Source of the DNA: an uncultured virus (IMG/VR IMGVR_UViG_3300048927_000758)
Taxonomy: Duplodnaviria; Heunggongvirae; Uroviricota; Caudoviricetes
Virus record (IMG/VR): IMGVR_UViG_3300048927_000758
Reading direction: 5' to 3' (one strand)
DNA length: 20,000 nt
The position numbers were made by a program, and so were the translations under genes. The notes beneath the pieces are model-generated. The model saw nothing but the letters and a program-made list of their open reading frames with translations, made no database searches and was not told where the DNA came from. Below are positions 7,922 through 16,279 of the stretch, piece by piece (position 1 is the stretch's first letter; each line of letters starts with the position of its first letter).

Positions 7922-10078
7922 TTAAATACCTAACGCCTCAAACGCCCGGTTAACGGCATCATTCTGATCGGCCTGCAAAACATGATCATCGGCGCACACC
8001 CAGCACACGCCAGGTGAATCGAATGACTCATTTACGGGAGTGATAACTTCCCCACACTCCTTGCAATATGCTTTTCGTCGCCTGACCACCAGCCGGTTGC
8101 CCTCTAATTGCATTTCTGTTTCCCGATCCAGCGGCACGATATTGCCCCTGGCCAGCGCTTTGGCCATCTGGCCAGCATCCTGAGACTGAATACCAATGCC
8201 CTTTTTCAACTCGGTGATCGTACTTTGAGTACAGTTATTGACAGAACTCCAAGGGGCGGCGGTGCCGCCAGGAAAAGCAGCCTCCGCTGCGCTGTCGGCC
8301 AACTTCGGAACAATCGCCCATTTGACCAGGCGCGTTAATACCTCTGATTCCTGACCCGATAACGGCGAATACACCCCCTGAATACGCTGAACGGCTTCCC
8401 CGTATTCATTGCCGCATTCCGTGATTTCATACATCAGGCGCACAACCAGATCACGACGCGCCACCAACGCCCCGCCCTGTGCCTGGGTATAGGATGCCCA
8501 GCACCCCACATCCGCCGCAGCCAGCACCGCATCCATAGATTTGTTTTCCAAGGTGATATCACGCATGCGGCGCAGCTCACGCCAGACCGTTACCGGCGCA
8601 CCGCCGATTTGCTGAAACTGACGGATCCGCCAGCGGCTTGCCCAGGCCGAAACAGCCTTGGACATGTCTTTCAGATTTTCGCCGGTTTCTTCATCCGTTT
8701 CACCATCCAGGGCGTAACCGTCGATATTTTTAGAAATGTATTTAGCGATATAACCCGTAGCACTGCCCTTTTCTTCGTCGATAGGCTCAACATGAAAACG
8801 CGCCTTTAGCGCGTATGCGGATTGCAGTTCTTCGGAATCTTCACGGCGAGCGTAATAACAGAGAATGTCCCGCACTTCGGCCACGTCAGACGGGCGCATA
8901 AACAGCAACATATGCCAGTGCGGCGTCCCGTCGTGATGCGGTTCGACTACGCGAAAACCAAAGACGTGGATCCCGGCACGGGAAAACGCAGCGCGGGCTT
9001 TTGCCCACACTCCACAAAGATATTTTTGTGTTTGCTGCGGGCTGGCCGCGTTCCACTGAGACACGAACCCGCCCTTGCTGTGCACGGCGTGATATTTTGA
9101 CGGCGCGGTGATCGTGTAAAACTCTCCGGCCATCCCCATTTCAGTGGCCAAATCTTCAAACCCACGCATACGAACCATCAGTTCACAGCGACGCTTTGCC
9201 GGGTTGGCATTGCTGCCGTCCACCATGTCAGCCAGGGAAAGACGCTCCCCCGTCTCCTGATTTTGCAGATCACACGATTTAAAAAACTCCCGGTTACGTT
9301 TCTTTTGCTCCACCCATTCCCCTTGTGTGGAACGGCTGACGTAGGCCGATGCCGCCTTTTGCACCTGGCCAACGGCGATGGCCATATGCTCACGTTGCAG
9401 ATCACGGCGGCGCTTCAACTTAGTACGCCACCATTCCGGTGCCACCATACGCAATAAACCGGATTCCGCGGTGCCAGTTGTGAAAGTGCGACCTGAAAGA
9501 AATTGCTGCCAGTATGGCGGCGTGATACCGGCCATTTTGGCCAACTTGCCTAGGTGCTCAAAGGTGGCAAAAGTGCGGCGCGTCATTTCTTTCTGATCAG
9601 CAGCTGCGCCGTCAAAAGCCAGATCAATAAAATCGGTAAATGACTCAGACATAAAATCAGCGACGCGGTGCGAAAGATTACGCAGTTCATCACGCCCAAA
9701 GGTAGGGAGTTTTTCAAGGTCAGCCAGGAAGGGGAAAGGGATCACCCCCGCAGCCTGGTATTTCGTTGTGTACTGTTCGCAGACATTGCGCAGACGTGGC
9801 AATACGCTCTTACCCACCGTAGTGCGTAAAAACGTATTGGCACGGCGGCGGCCGTTATGGCCACCCTGCAATAATTTGCTGTAGCGATCGCCAAAATAGC
9901 GTGCCAAGAAATCCGGCATTTCGCCAAGATACTCAGCACGCCAATCGTGATCGGCCTTATTGAGATGCCATAACTGCCGCTCAGTCAGGCTGATTTCATC
10001 AGGTGCGCCAGGGGCAAATTGCTCTTGCTGCCACTGGCGGGTTTCATGATGCTGGCCGTTAATTTCAGATGAAATCAT
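7922..10078 (-). CDS. Rolling-circle replication initiation endonuclease (P2 gpA)
   Basis: 'FYTITAPSKYH', HUH motif 'EPHHDGTPHWH', two-tyrosine motif 'GYIAKYISKNIDG', 'WRIRQFQQIGG', 'PWSSVNNC'. Confidence 0.97.
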   Translation of the reverse strand: MISSEINGQHHETRQWQQEQFAPGAPDEISLTERQLWHLNKADHDWRAEYLGEMPDFLARYFGDRYSKLLQGGHNGRRRANTFLRTTVGKSVLPRLRNVCEQYTTKYQAAGVIPFPFLADLEKLPTFGRDELRNLSHRVADFMSESFTDFIDLAFDGAAADQKEMTRRTFATFEHLGKLAKMAGITPPYWQQFLSGRTFTTGTAESGLLRMVAPEWWRTKLKRRRDLQREHMAIAVGQVQKAASAYVSRSTQGEWVEQKKRNREFFKSCDLQNQETGERLSLADMVDGSNANPAKRRCELMVRMRGFEDLATEMGMAGEFYTITAPSKYHAVHSKGGFVSQWNAASPQQTQKYLCGVWAKARAAFSRAGIHVFGFRVVEPHHDGTPHWHMLLFMRPSDVAEVRDILCYYARREDSEELQSAYALKARFHVEPIDEEKGSATGYIAKYISKNIDGYALDGETDEETGENLKDMSKAVSAWASRWRIRQFQQIGGAPVTVWRELRRMRDITLENKSMDAVLAAADVGCWASYTQAQGGALVARRDLVVRLMYEITECGNEYGEAVQRIQGVYSPLSGQESEVLTRLVKWAIVPKLADSAAEAAFPGGTAAPWSSVNNCTQSTITELKKGIGIQSQDAGQMAKALARGNIVPLDRETEMQLEGNRLVVRRRKAYCKECGEVITPVNESFDSPGVCWVCADDHVLQADQNDAVNRAFEALGI
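8231..8257 (-). other. Rolling-circle origin (nick site) inside gene A
   Basis: Minus strand GCCCCTTG^GAGTTCTGTCAATAACTGT closely matches the P2/186 ori located in the PxSxVNNC-coding segment. Confidence 0.85.
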
Positions 10079-10764
10079 CGGGCGTTAAACTCAAACACCG
10101 CAGTTGCGAATCCTCGCGGTGTAGCACTACGAATATTTTTCGTTCGGGTAGATTTACCCCCTAATTTACGGTGCTGGATTGAGTAGCCTGGAGCGCATTC
10201 CACAGGTTTTTTTTCTGGGAATACAAAAGAGTTTCCCGCCCAGATACAGGTTTTTTTGGGGTAAGCATCCCGTGGCATGATGTAATCGGGGTATTCAGGA
10301 TGAACATCATCCTCAGGGAGATACCCACCAAACTCTGAAGGATGGAAAGTGTAATCAGGCTTTCGCCATAACGTTGAAAGCACGCTTACCGGATTTTCAG
10401 CCCCCCAAGGGCATCCATATTGATTGGCAACCTCCTCCACCAGCATGGCCAGCTGAGCTGCATTTTTTTGAATGTCAGGATCAGCAGCAAGTTTCTTGGC
10501 AAAATGGCGAGAACCGCTTACCGCAAGGTGCGTGCATTCAGGGAACCCGAAAACCATGACGACACCTTCCCCGACCATTTCAGCAATTCGCTTCGCCTGC
10601 TCTAATTTCTGGTCGGCGTAAAACCACATCCCAACTTTCACATGGTTGCCATCACGCGTTATACCTGCCTCATGCTGGCCGTCGAAACACCAACATTCAT
10701 AACCAGCATCTAACCAAGGCTTTGCCATTAACCCGGTATAGTCATAAAGAAAAATCGCTTTCAT
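10075..10764 (-). CDS. Phage DNA cytosine (C5) methyltransferase-like protein
   Basis: Catalytic-type 'GFPECT' (motif IV), 'AENPV' (motif VI), 'KKTCIW', 'RSATPRGFA'; ATGA-coupled to both neighbours. Confidence 0.72.
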   Translation of the reverse strand: MKAIFLYDYTGLMAKPWLDAGYECWCFDGQHEAGITRDGNHVKVGMWFYADQKLEQAKRIAEMVGEGVVMVFGFPECTHLAVSGSRHFAKKLAADPDIQKNAAQLAMLVEEVANQYGCPWGAENPVSVLSTLWRKPDYTFHPSEFGGYLPEDDVHPEYPDYIMPRDAYPKKTCIWAGNSFVFPEKKPVECAPGYSIQHRKLGGKSTRTKNIRSATPRGFATAVFEFNAR

Positions 10765-11036
10765 AGCGCCCATCCCTGACCAGCACGGGCAAATTGCTCT
10801 GATTCCTGGCGTAACAGTTCGACTATTTCAGCAGCGCTAAACCCTTCATTCACAATATGAGTAGCCAGCCGATCCAGACGACCGGAATACTTCACTGCCG
10901 CATCAACCATCGATTCTTCTCGGGCGTTCTTCAACAGGCTAGCCAGGCGATCAGAGTCCTGATAAGCCGGTGATGATTGGTCAAAACCTCGCAGCACTGG
11001 CGTGCGCTTCAGGCGGTCATTTCGGGATAGATTCAT
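10761..11036 (-). CDS. DUF2732-family P2-like early protein
   Basis: 'LLKNAREE...SGRLDRLATHI...EIVELLRQESE'; GGAG RBS before ATG 11036. Confidence 0.8.
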   Translation of the reverse strand: MNLSRNDRLKRTPVLRGFDQSSPAYQDSDRLASLLKNAREESMVDAAVKYSGRLDRLATHIVNEGFSAAEIVELLRQESEQFARAGQGWAL

Positions 11037-11109
11037 GGGACAACTCCAAATTTTGGCAGCAAGAAACCCCGGCAACCAGGCGGAAGCCGTGGGTGTTCGA
11101 AAGAATTAA

Positions 11110-11541
11110 TTAATGAAAACTAAGCGGGGAAATCGTTGTTTCGTATTTTTTAGGCAGCGGTGCAAGCGGTGACAGATTAAGCGCCCCCATGCCGTGCAAT
11201 TCCTTGGTCGTATCAAACCAGGTGCTGATCAGCGCATGAGCATGACCTTGCCCCAAAGAACCGGCCAAAAAATACAGGGCGCGAATGCTGGCCATTGTTT
11301 CGACTTGTTCGACCAACGTTTCAGACTCACGATATGCACGAACCCAAAACGCAGCATTGGCCGCAAACCATTGGTGCGGGTTATCAAGGTGAACCGTGTC
11401 ATTGAACATGAAAGGCGTCAGCGCAACGCGGCCTTTTGACACTTGGCATTTACTCAGGAATAAACGGCTGTAATTGAACTTAACGCCAAAAGCTGCGAAT
11501 GATTCGATCAAACCAATTTCGTCTACGGTGATAATTTTCAT
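11110..11541 (-). CDS. Hypothetical early-operon protein (143 aa)
   Basis: GAGGG RBS before ATG 11541; co-oriented in early operon; no recognised family. Confidence 0.75.
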   Translation of the reverse strand: MKIITVDEIGLIESFAAFGVKFNYSRLFLSKCQVSKGRVALTPFMFNDTVHLDNPHQWFAANAAFWVRAYRESETLVEQVETMASIRALYFLAGSLGQGHAHALISTWFDTTKELHGMGALNLSPLAPLPKKYETTISPLSFH

Positions 11542-11548
11542 ACTTCCC

Positions 11549-11875
11549 TCAGTGCATCGGATTTGAAATTTTTTGTTCGTCAGCCCGACGGCTAACACTG
11601 CAAACAACAACGCCTTTGAAATCCTCCGGCGTCAGCAAACGGGTTTGTTGCTGCATTTTTCTGACCTTCAAAACGCCCTGCCACAGCGCGATTTTTTCCG
11701 CTTCGGTCAAATCGTCCCAGGCACATTTCACATGGCGCCTTTTCAGCTGGGAGAGGAAACAGAGATCGCGGCGTTCATCTTCTGGAAGATTTTCCCAGTA
11801 ATGTTTCACCCGGTTTTCAGTGCCTGAAATCATCTTTCGGGCTTCACCAATCCATTTCGGCAATTGCTGTTCCAC
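11549..11875 (-). CDS. P2 gpB-related early protein (DUF5347-like)
   Basis: 'YWENLPEDERRDLCFLSQLKRRH...WDDLTEAEK' resembles the recalled gpB repeat; GTG start at 11875 after AAGGGG. Confidence 0.65.
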   Translation of the reverse strand: MEQQLPKWIGEARKMISGTENRVKHYWENLPEDERRDLCFLSQLKRRHVKCAWDDLTEAEKIALWQGVLKVRKMQQQTRLLTPEDFKGVVVCSVSRRADEQKISNPMH

Positions 11876-11877
11876 GC

Positions 11878-12081
11878 TTACCCCCTTAATCCCATCAGGC
11901 GGAACCACCAAGGGCGGCGCTTAATCTTCACCATCGGGTGACGGCAACCACTTAGAAACGCCACTTTGCTTGCGGCCGGTTGCCAGCGCTGACCGTTTGG
12001 CAGTTCAAGCCACCCGTGGCCATAGCTTTGCAGTTGAGCCGTTGGCGATTGTTGCTTTAATAGTTGTGCAAAAACTTTCAT
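11878..12081 (-). CDS. fil: Filamentation protein Fil family (186 CP77-like)
   Basis: 'FAQLLKQQSP...YGHGWL...GQRWQP'; directly after cII. Confidence 0.82.
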   Translation of the reverse strand: MKVFAQLLKQQSPTAQLQSYGHGWLELPNGQRWQPAASKVAFLSGCRHPMVKIKRRPWWFRLMGLRG

Positions 12082-12090
12082 CGAATAGCC

Positions 12091-12600
12091 TCAATTCATG
12101 CCGGGCATGACGCCACATGAACTTAAAACGTCCATTGCAGTGGCCAGCGCGGGCGTGGTGTGAAAACGCGACTCAACAGACACAACGAGCAAGGACAGAT
12201 CGCGGATCGCCTGATTGGCTCGGTCTAAAATGGCGTTTCTACGTGATTGCGTCATAGGCGAAGGGGAAATGGCTTCACCGGCTATAACGCCGATTGCGGC
12301 CGTAGCACTCAGGGCGTGCATCGGTAAATTATTTGGCTTCGCTTCATTCACTGGCACCGCTGGCAAACAATTAAGCTGAGCCAACAAGCCATCAAGCAGC
12401 GTTGAATCATCGGTGTAATCCGTGATGGTGATCAGCTCCACAATGGTTAAACGGTGCGGCTGCATTGGATTCAGCTTGTTCCGTAAAACCTGGGCAGTGA
12501 TGCCCAAAACACTGGCAACCTCGGTCAGATTGTGCGCCAAAGAGAACCGGCGGCACGCCGTATCAAAGCAGGGATGTATGGAGGTCTGATAATCAAACAT
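12091..12600 (-). CDS. cII: CII regulatory protein (186 CP76 family)
   Basis: 'MFDY..S.HP.FD.ACR.F...QVLRNKLNPMQPHRLT...LLDGLLAQLNCLPAVPVNE'. Confidence 0.95.
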   Translation of the reverse strand: MFDYQTSIHPCFDTACRRFSLAHNLTEVASVLGITAQVLRNKLNPMQPHRLTIVELITITDYTDDSTLLDGLLAQLNCLPAVPVNEAKPNNLPMHALSATAAIGVIAGEAISPSPMTQSRRNAILDRANQAIRDLSLLVVSVESRFHTTPALATAMDVLSSCGVMPGMN

Positions 12601-12626
12601 TGTCGCTTACCTCGAAATTCGGCAAG

Positions 12627-12851
12627 TTACTGCGCAGAAAGCGCAATATCGCATTCGCTTAACGCCTGAACCGTCAAGGCTGCCATGTTGATTTCTATGA
12701 GGCCATTTTTCTGCAAACCCTTCGGCTTAATAGGCAGCTTTCCATACTCAATAAGGTTGCGAGCTGTTTCAATCTTGAGGCCAGTACGGCGGCAGTACTC
12801 CGCTAACGGCAGGTACGGATCGGGGATGATGATTGTAATGTTAGGACGCAT
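12627..12851 (-). CDS. apl: Apl/Cox-type excisionase and regulator
   Basis: 'MRPNITIIIPDPYLPLAEYCRRTG...GKLPI...IEINMAALT'; first gene of the lytic operon, divergent from cI; GGAG RBS. Confidence 0.88.
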   Translation of the reverse strand: MRPNITIIIPDPYLPLAEYCRRTGLKIETARNLIEYGKLPIKPKGLQKNGLIEINMAALTVQALSECDIALSAQ

Positions 12852-12871
12852 AAGGCAAACTCCAGTTAGGG

Positions 12872-12907
12872 CCGAATACCGTAAATAGTCGGCAATACAA
12901 GGCAATA
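12872..12907. repeat. ~10-bp-phased direct repeats (CCGAATA, GTAAATA, GGCAATA, GGCAATA); candidate Apl sites in the switch
   Basis: Copies at 12872, 12881, 12891, 12901; the reverse complement TATTGCC recurs at att. Confidence 0.7.
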
Positions 12908-12924
12908 TTCGAAACCACACACAT

Positions 12925-12953
12925 AGACTAATGCGCAAAATGAGAATCGTCAA
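12925..12953 (-). promoter_or_regulatory. Lytic early promoter (pR-like) TTGACG-N17-TAGTCT
   Basis: -35 at 12953-12948 and -10 at 12930-12925 on the minus strand, 17-bp spacer, upstream of apl. Confidence 0.75.
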
Positions 12954-12976
12954 CATTGATTTCTCTTTATGCGAAT
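12931..12976. promoter_or_regulatory. Two candidate CI operators (consensus ATTCGC-N5-GCGAAT)
   Basis: ATGCGC-AAAAT-GAGAAT (12931-12947, fills the pR spacer) and TTTCTC-TTTAT-GCGAAT (12960-12976); architecture like 186 CI sites. Confidence 0.6.
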
Positions 12977-12992
12977 TAGTGGTGACCAAAAA

Positions 12993-13577
12993 ATGGCAAA
13001 ATTCGCTCTAAACTTCGATGCAGACAGCACCCCTGTGCTTGATCGTGTTATTGAGGCCTATGGCTTCACTCAAAAAATACAGCTAGCCGAACACTTAGAA
13101 ATGGCAGCTAGCAGCCTTTCCTCTCGCTATAAACGTGGAGGCCTCCCCTCAGATATCGTGCTTCGGTGTATGGCTGATACGGGTGTTGAGCTTGAATGGC
13201 TCATTACTGGGCAGGGTAAGAAATTTGATGATGATGAATTGGATATTATGAAATTCACTCGCAAGAAGCTTATTGATGGCCAGCTCTTCGATTCAGGGCA
13301 TCTTTTATTAGATAAAGTTATGTTCCTTCCTGGCATTCCGCTGCCACAAGACCCTGCTTGCATAATTGACAACGCAGTCCAGTACATTGTTGACCGTAAG
13401 TTTTCGGAAGTTTATGACGGCGATTGGTTGGTCGAACTAGAAGGAAAGGTCAGCATCAGAACCCTGACAAGAATCCCAATAAAGCGGGTTCGAGTAAGCG
13501 GCGTTGGCATGGCCTTTGACTGCAACCTAGATGATGTGAATGTTATTGGTAAGGTTGTTTTGAACTGTCGCTTTTAA
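12993..13577 (+). CDS. cI: CI immunity repressor, 186 type
   Basis: 'LDRVIEAYGF...LAEHL...SSLSSRYKRG...LEWLITGQG' HTH plus C-terminal 'DGDWLVELEG...SIRTL'. Confidence 0.95.
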   Translation: MAKFALNFDADSTPVLDRVIEAYGFTQKIQLAEHLEMAASSLSSRYKRGGLPSDIVLRCMADTGVELEWLITGQGKKFDDDELDIMKFTRKKLIDGQLFDSGHLLLDKVMFLPGIPLPQDPACIIDNAVQYIVDRKFSEVYDGDWLVELEGKVSIRTLTRIPIKRVRVSGVGMAFDCNLDDVNVIGKVVLNCRF

Positions 13578-13596
13578 GTGATAAGGAGCTTTTGCG

Positions 13597-14616
13597 ATGC
13601 CAGTAAGAAAACTCACTACTGGGCAGTGGGAAGCCGATTTTTACGTCGAAGATCGTAGCGCAGGGAAGCGCGGGAAACGTGTACGAAAAAAATTTAGCAC
13701 AAAGGGCGAGGCACTTGCTTTTGAGCGGTACACTTTAGAAAAGGCACAGCACAGACCTTGGAATGGTGACAAAAAGGAAAGCAGGCGGCTAAGTGAAATA
13801 GCGAAACTTTGGTATGACAATCACGGACTCACCCTTAAGGATGGAGAAAGGCGACTTCATGCTATGGAATGGGCAGCTGAATGTATGGGGCACCCTCTTG
13901 CAACAGAATTTAATGCACAACTTTTCGCAAGCTATCGGGCTAAAAGATTATCTGGTGAGTTTTCTAGAACTACCCGGATTTCCAAAGTCACACCCCGCAC
14001 TATAAATTTAGAATTAGCTTATTTCAGGGCTGCCTTTAATGAGTTGAAGCGCTTAGGAGAATGGCTCGCACCAAATCCATTGGAAAATGTAAGAGCATTC
14101 CGCACTGAAGAAAGCGAGATGGCATATTTAACCCAGGAGCAAATAATCATTCTCTTGGAAGAATGTAAAAACAGTAGCGCCAAAGATTTGGAAATCATAG
14201 TAAGGGTGTGCCTTTCAACCGGTGCCCGGTGGAGTGAAGCAGAGGGACTTACAAAATCACAGATATCTAGTGATCGAATTACTTTCACAAAAACCAAGGG
14301 TAAGAAAAACAGAACAGTACCCATTAACAAAGAACTAGCCGCATCTTTGCCAAAAAAATCTGGCGCATTGTTTACTCCTTGTTATTACGCTTTCCGTTCA
14401 GCATTGGGAAGAACAAAAATAACTCTTCCTGATGGCCAGCTGTCACACGTTTTGCGCCATACATTTGCCAGCCATTTTATGATGAACGGCGGAAACATCC
14501 TGGTATTACAAAAGATACTTGGACACACAGACATAAAAATGACAATGCGCTATTCCCACTTTGCCCCTGACCACCTTGAAGAGGCTATACACTTTAATCC
14601 TTTAAGAGAAAAATGA
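13597..14616 (+). CDS. int: Tyrosine integrase, P2/186 family
   Basis: Catalytic residues in 'TGARWSE', 'KTKGKKNR', 'HVLRHTFASH', 'LGH', 'MRY'; AAGGAG RBS. Confidence 0.98.
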   Translation: MPVRKLTTGQWEADFYVEDRSAGKRGKRVRKKFSTKGEALAFERYTLEKAQHRPWNGDKKESRRLSEIAKLWYDNHGLTLKDGERRLHAMEWAAECMGHPLATEFNAQLFASYRAKRLSGEFSRTTRISKVTPRTINLELAYFRAAFNELKRLGEWLAPNPLENVRAFRTEESEMAYLTQEQIIILLEECKNSSAKDLEIIVRVCLSTGARWSEAEGLTKSQISSDRITFTKTKGKKNRTVPINKELAASLPKKSGALFTPCYYAFRSALGRTKITLPDGQLSHVLRHTFASHFMMNGGNILVLQKILGHTDIKMTMRYSHFAPDHLEEAIHFNPLREK

Positions 14617-15329
14617 TGAAAATTAGATATGAGTTATTTATTTCACTCGCCATTACTTTTGCGACAATACCACTTTTAATTTATTTCATAACGTTTCATC
14701 ACCCTTTATCTTCAAATCCCCAAGATTGGGCTGCATTCGGATCTTACTTGGGTGGCGTATATAGCTCCCTCTTTGGATTTTTGAGTGTTTTAGTTTTGGT
14801 AGCAACCCTTGTAGAAATGCGAAATGCAAATCGGCAAGAGCGTGAACATTTTGAGCTACAACTTGCTAATGCCGAAGCTGACAAAAAACTTCAAGATGTA
14901 ATTCAGTTGACGGAAATGATTCACAAACTGATAGATGTCAATCCAACCATAGGCGATAAAAAACAATTACCTCATGACCTTGCGGGAATGATGGGGGGAA
15001 TGTGTCGTAGGTTGAAGGTCTCAGATGAGCAGGAACTTTATGAAGCAGGGATTGAATTGATGAGAACTCAATCAGAACGGTTCAGCTCCGAAATTCACGT
15101 TTTAGCGCAGTTGGCTAAAAAAGTGGACAGCATAAAAGATGAGGATCAGGCAGAAACTGCAAAAGCAATTGTGAAAGGTTTGATCTCCGAGTCATACAGA
15201 TTTTGGCTTTATTGCTACGCTCAAGTTTGGAATTTAGAAGCAAAACATTACCTTCGCTCTTGGAACAACTTCGATTCAATTCCAGCAGAACTACAGCGTT
15301 ACATACCCGACCCTCCAGATTACGAATAG
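14613..15329 (+). CDS. Membrane-anchored cargo protein (2 TM + helical domain), putative abortive-infection-like
   Basis: Two N-terminal hydrophobic segments with 'QDWAAFGSYLGG...FLSVLVLVATL', then a coiled coil; ATGA overlap with int; AT-rich. Confidence 0.75.
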   Translation: MMKIRYELFISLAITFATIPLLIYFITFHHPLSSNPQDWAAFGSYLGGVYSSLFGFLSVLVLVATLVEMRNANRQEREHFELQLANAEADKKLQDVIQLTEMIHKLIDVNPTIGDKKQLPHDLAGMMGGMCRRLKVSDEQELYEAGIELMRTQSERFSSEIHVLAQLAKKVDSIKDEDQAETAKAIVKGLISESYRFWLYCYAQVWNLEAKHYLRSWNNFDSIPAELQRYIPDPPDYE

Positions 15330-15347
15330 TGTCGCAAAAATGTCGCA
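15330..15347. repeat. Integrase arm-type direct repeat TGTCGCA-N4-TGTCGCA
   Basis: 11-bp period pair about 95 bp from the att core. Confidence 0.75.
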
Positions 15348-15359
15348 CTAAAATAGGAA

Positions 15360-15422
15360 TACTGCTCTCTATTGCCTACTATTGACTTTATAACTCATTG
15401 ATAAATAGGTAAGTCATTGTTT
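15360..15422. promoter_or_regulatory. att accessory sites: three 10-bp-phased Apl-type repeats and two IHF-like sites
   Basis: TACTGCT/TATTGCC/TATTGAC at 15360/15370/15380; minus-strand TATCAATGAGTTA (15391-15403, exact WATCAAN4TTR) and AAACAATGACTTA (15410-15422, one mismatch). Confidence 0.7.
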
Positions 15423-15442
15423 TTCCGTCACCCATCACGATT

Positions 15443-15487
15443 CTCATAATCGCTTGGTCGCTGGTTCAAGTCCAGCAAGGGCCACCA
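15443..15487 (+). tRNA. 3' fragment of tRNA-Ile(CAU) (ileX/ileY type) = prophage att core; not an intact tRNA
   Basis: CTCATAATCGCTTGGTCGCTGGTTCAAGTCCAGCAAGGGCCACCA: anticodon loop CAT, T-arm, CCA end; the 5' half (GGCCC..AGCTCAG) is absent. Confidence 0.92.
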
Positions 15488-15491
15488 GATT

Positions 15492-15533
15492 AAACAAGGA
15501 CTTACGCTAAAAACGTGAGTCCTTTGTTTTTTT
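15492..15533 (+). terminator. Stem-loop/terminator after the tRNA 3' end
   Basis: AAGGACTTACG-loop-CGTGAGTCCTT followed by a T-tract. Confidence 0.7.
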
Positions 15534-15635
15534 GGGGATATGCCGGGGATATTTTGCACGGGCAATCATGGTGTTTTTGGTTGTTTTGCGTGCAAAGTGG
15601 CCTTGCTTATCTCTCCTATTCGCTGAGGCTGTTCA

Positions 15636-15965
15636 ATGAAAACGTATCTCGAATGTTTCAAGGAAGTGCGCCAGCAGTTTATTGAGTCCAATCCGGGCAT
15701 AATTAGCCGTATTGAATACGAAGCAAACCAACACGCCCCTAATTTAGGACTATCTGAAAAAGAGTTTTTTGATGATGAAATTGGAAAATCGTTTATCAGC
15801 GAACTCGCGAGGCATGGTGGCGATCCAGTTCTCACGGTAATTAGAATGAGTTCGGCTGATGATGAAACTAAAAAGACTCTGCAGGCTGAGTATTACCAAA
15901 CAATAGCTGACGCTCTTGGGATGCCTCTGAACGAATATCTAATAGAAAACCGTATCATTCTATAG
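15636..15965 (+). CDS. Hypothetical helical protein (109 aa)
   Basis: GAGG RBS, ATG start, acidic alpha-helical composition; no confident family. Confidence 0.75.
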   Translation: MKTYLECFKEVRQQFIESNPGIISRIEYEANQHAPNLGLSEKEFFDDEIGKSFISELARHGGDPVLTVIRMSSADDETKKTLQAEYYQTIADALGMPLNEYLIENRIIL

Positions 15966-16013
15966 CGGGGCTGGCGCTGGTGGCCGCAATGCGTGAACCC
16001 TGCGGCCAATACG

Positions 16014-16253
16014 TTAAGCACTCCGGCTATGCGTGGAGCTGGTGCCGGGAGCATCATCCACGGCCTTTAACATCTCTTTCCTAAACTCCCCACGTTTTAA
16101 GTTCTTCCCGTCGAACCACTCCGCCACCACGTCGCCATCGTTATAGCCCATGCCCATGAATAGCCAGAATTCACTATCAGCCGCCTTTACTCCGGCAACA
16201 GTCATAAGCGGACTTCCACTTTTCAACATCACTACATCGCCAACACTAAACAT
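16014..16253 (-). CDS. YodC/DUF2158-family small protein
   Basis: 'FSVGDVVMLKSGSPLMTV...VVAEWFDG...GEF..EML'; GAGGT RBS. Confidence 0.85.
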   Translation of the reverse strand: MFSVGDVVMLKSGSPLMTVAGVKAADSEFWLFMGMGYNDGDVVAEWFDGKNLKRGEFRKEMLKAVDDAPGTSSTHSRSA

Positions 16254-16279
16254 GGTCACCTCTGTTAGTTAGTATTTTC

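Larger units (their letters stand above)
1..15487. mobile_element. P2/186/HP1-like prophage (right portion; continues beyond the left window edge)
   Basis: Colinear P2-family head, replication, immunity and integrase genes ending at a tRNA-Ile 3' fragment (att core). Confidence 0.96.

Noticed and set aside
13..12888. Many antisense or alternative-frame ORFs over phage genes (e.g. 1639..2247, 1754..2437, 4966..5577, 5607..6074)
   Set aside because: Shadow ORFs of well-supported genes with no motifs of their own.
15400..15487. Intact tRNA-Ile/Met(CAT) gene
   Set aside because: The acceptor 5' strand and D-arm are missing; only the 3' 45 nt are present, consistent with an att duplication.
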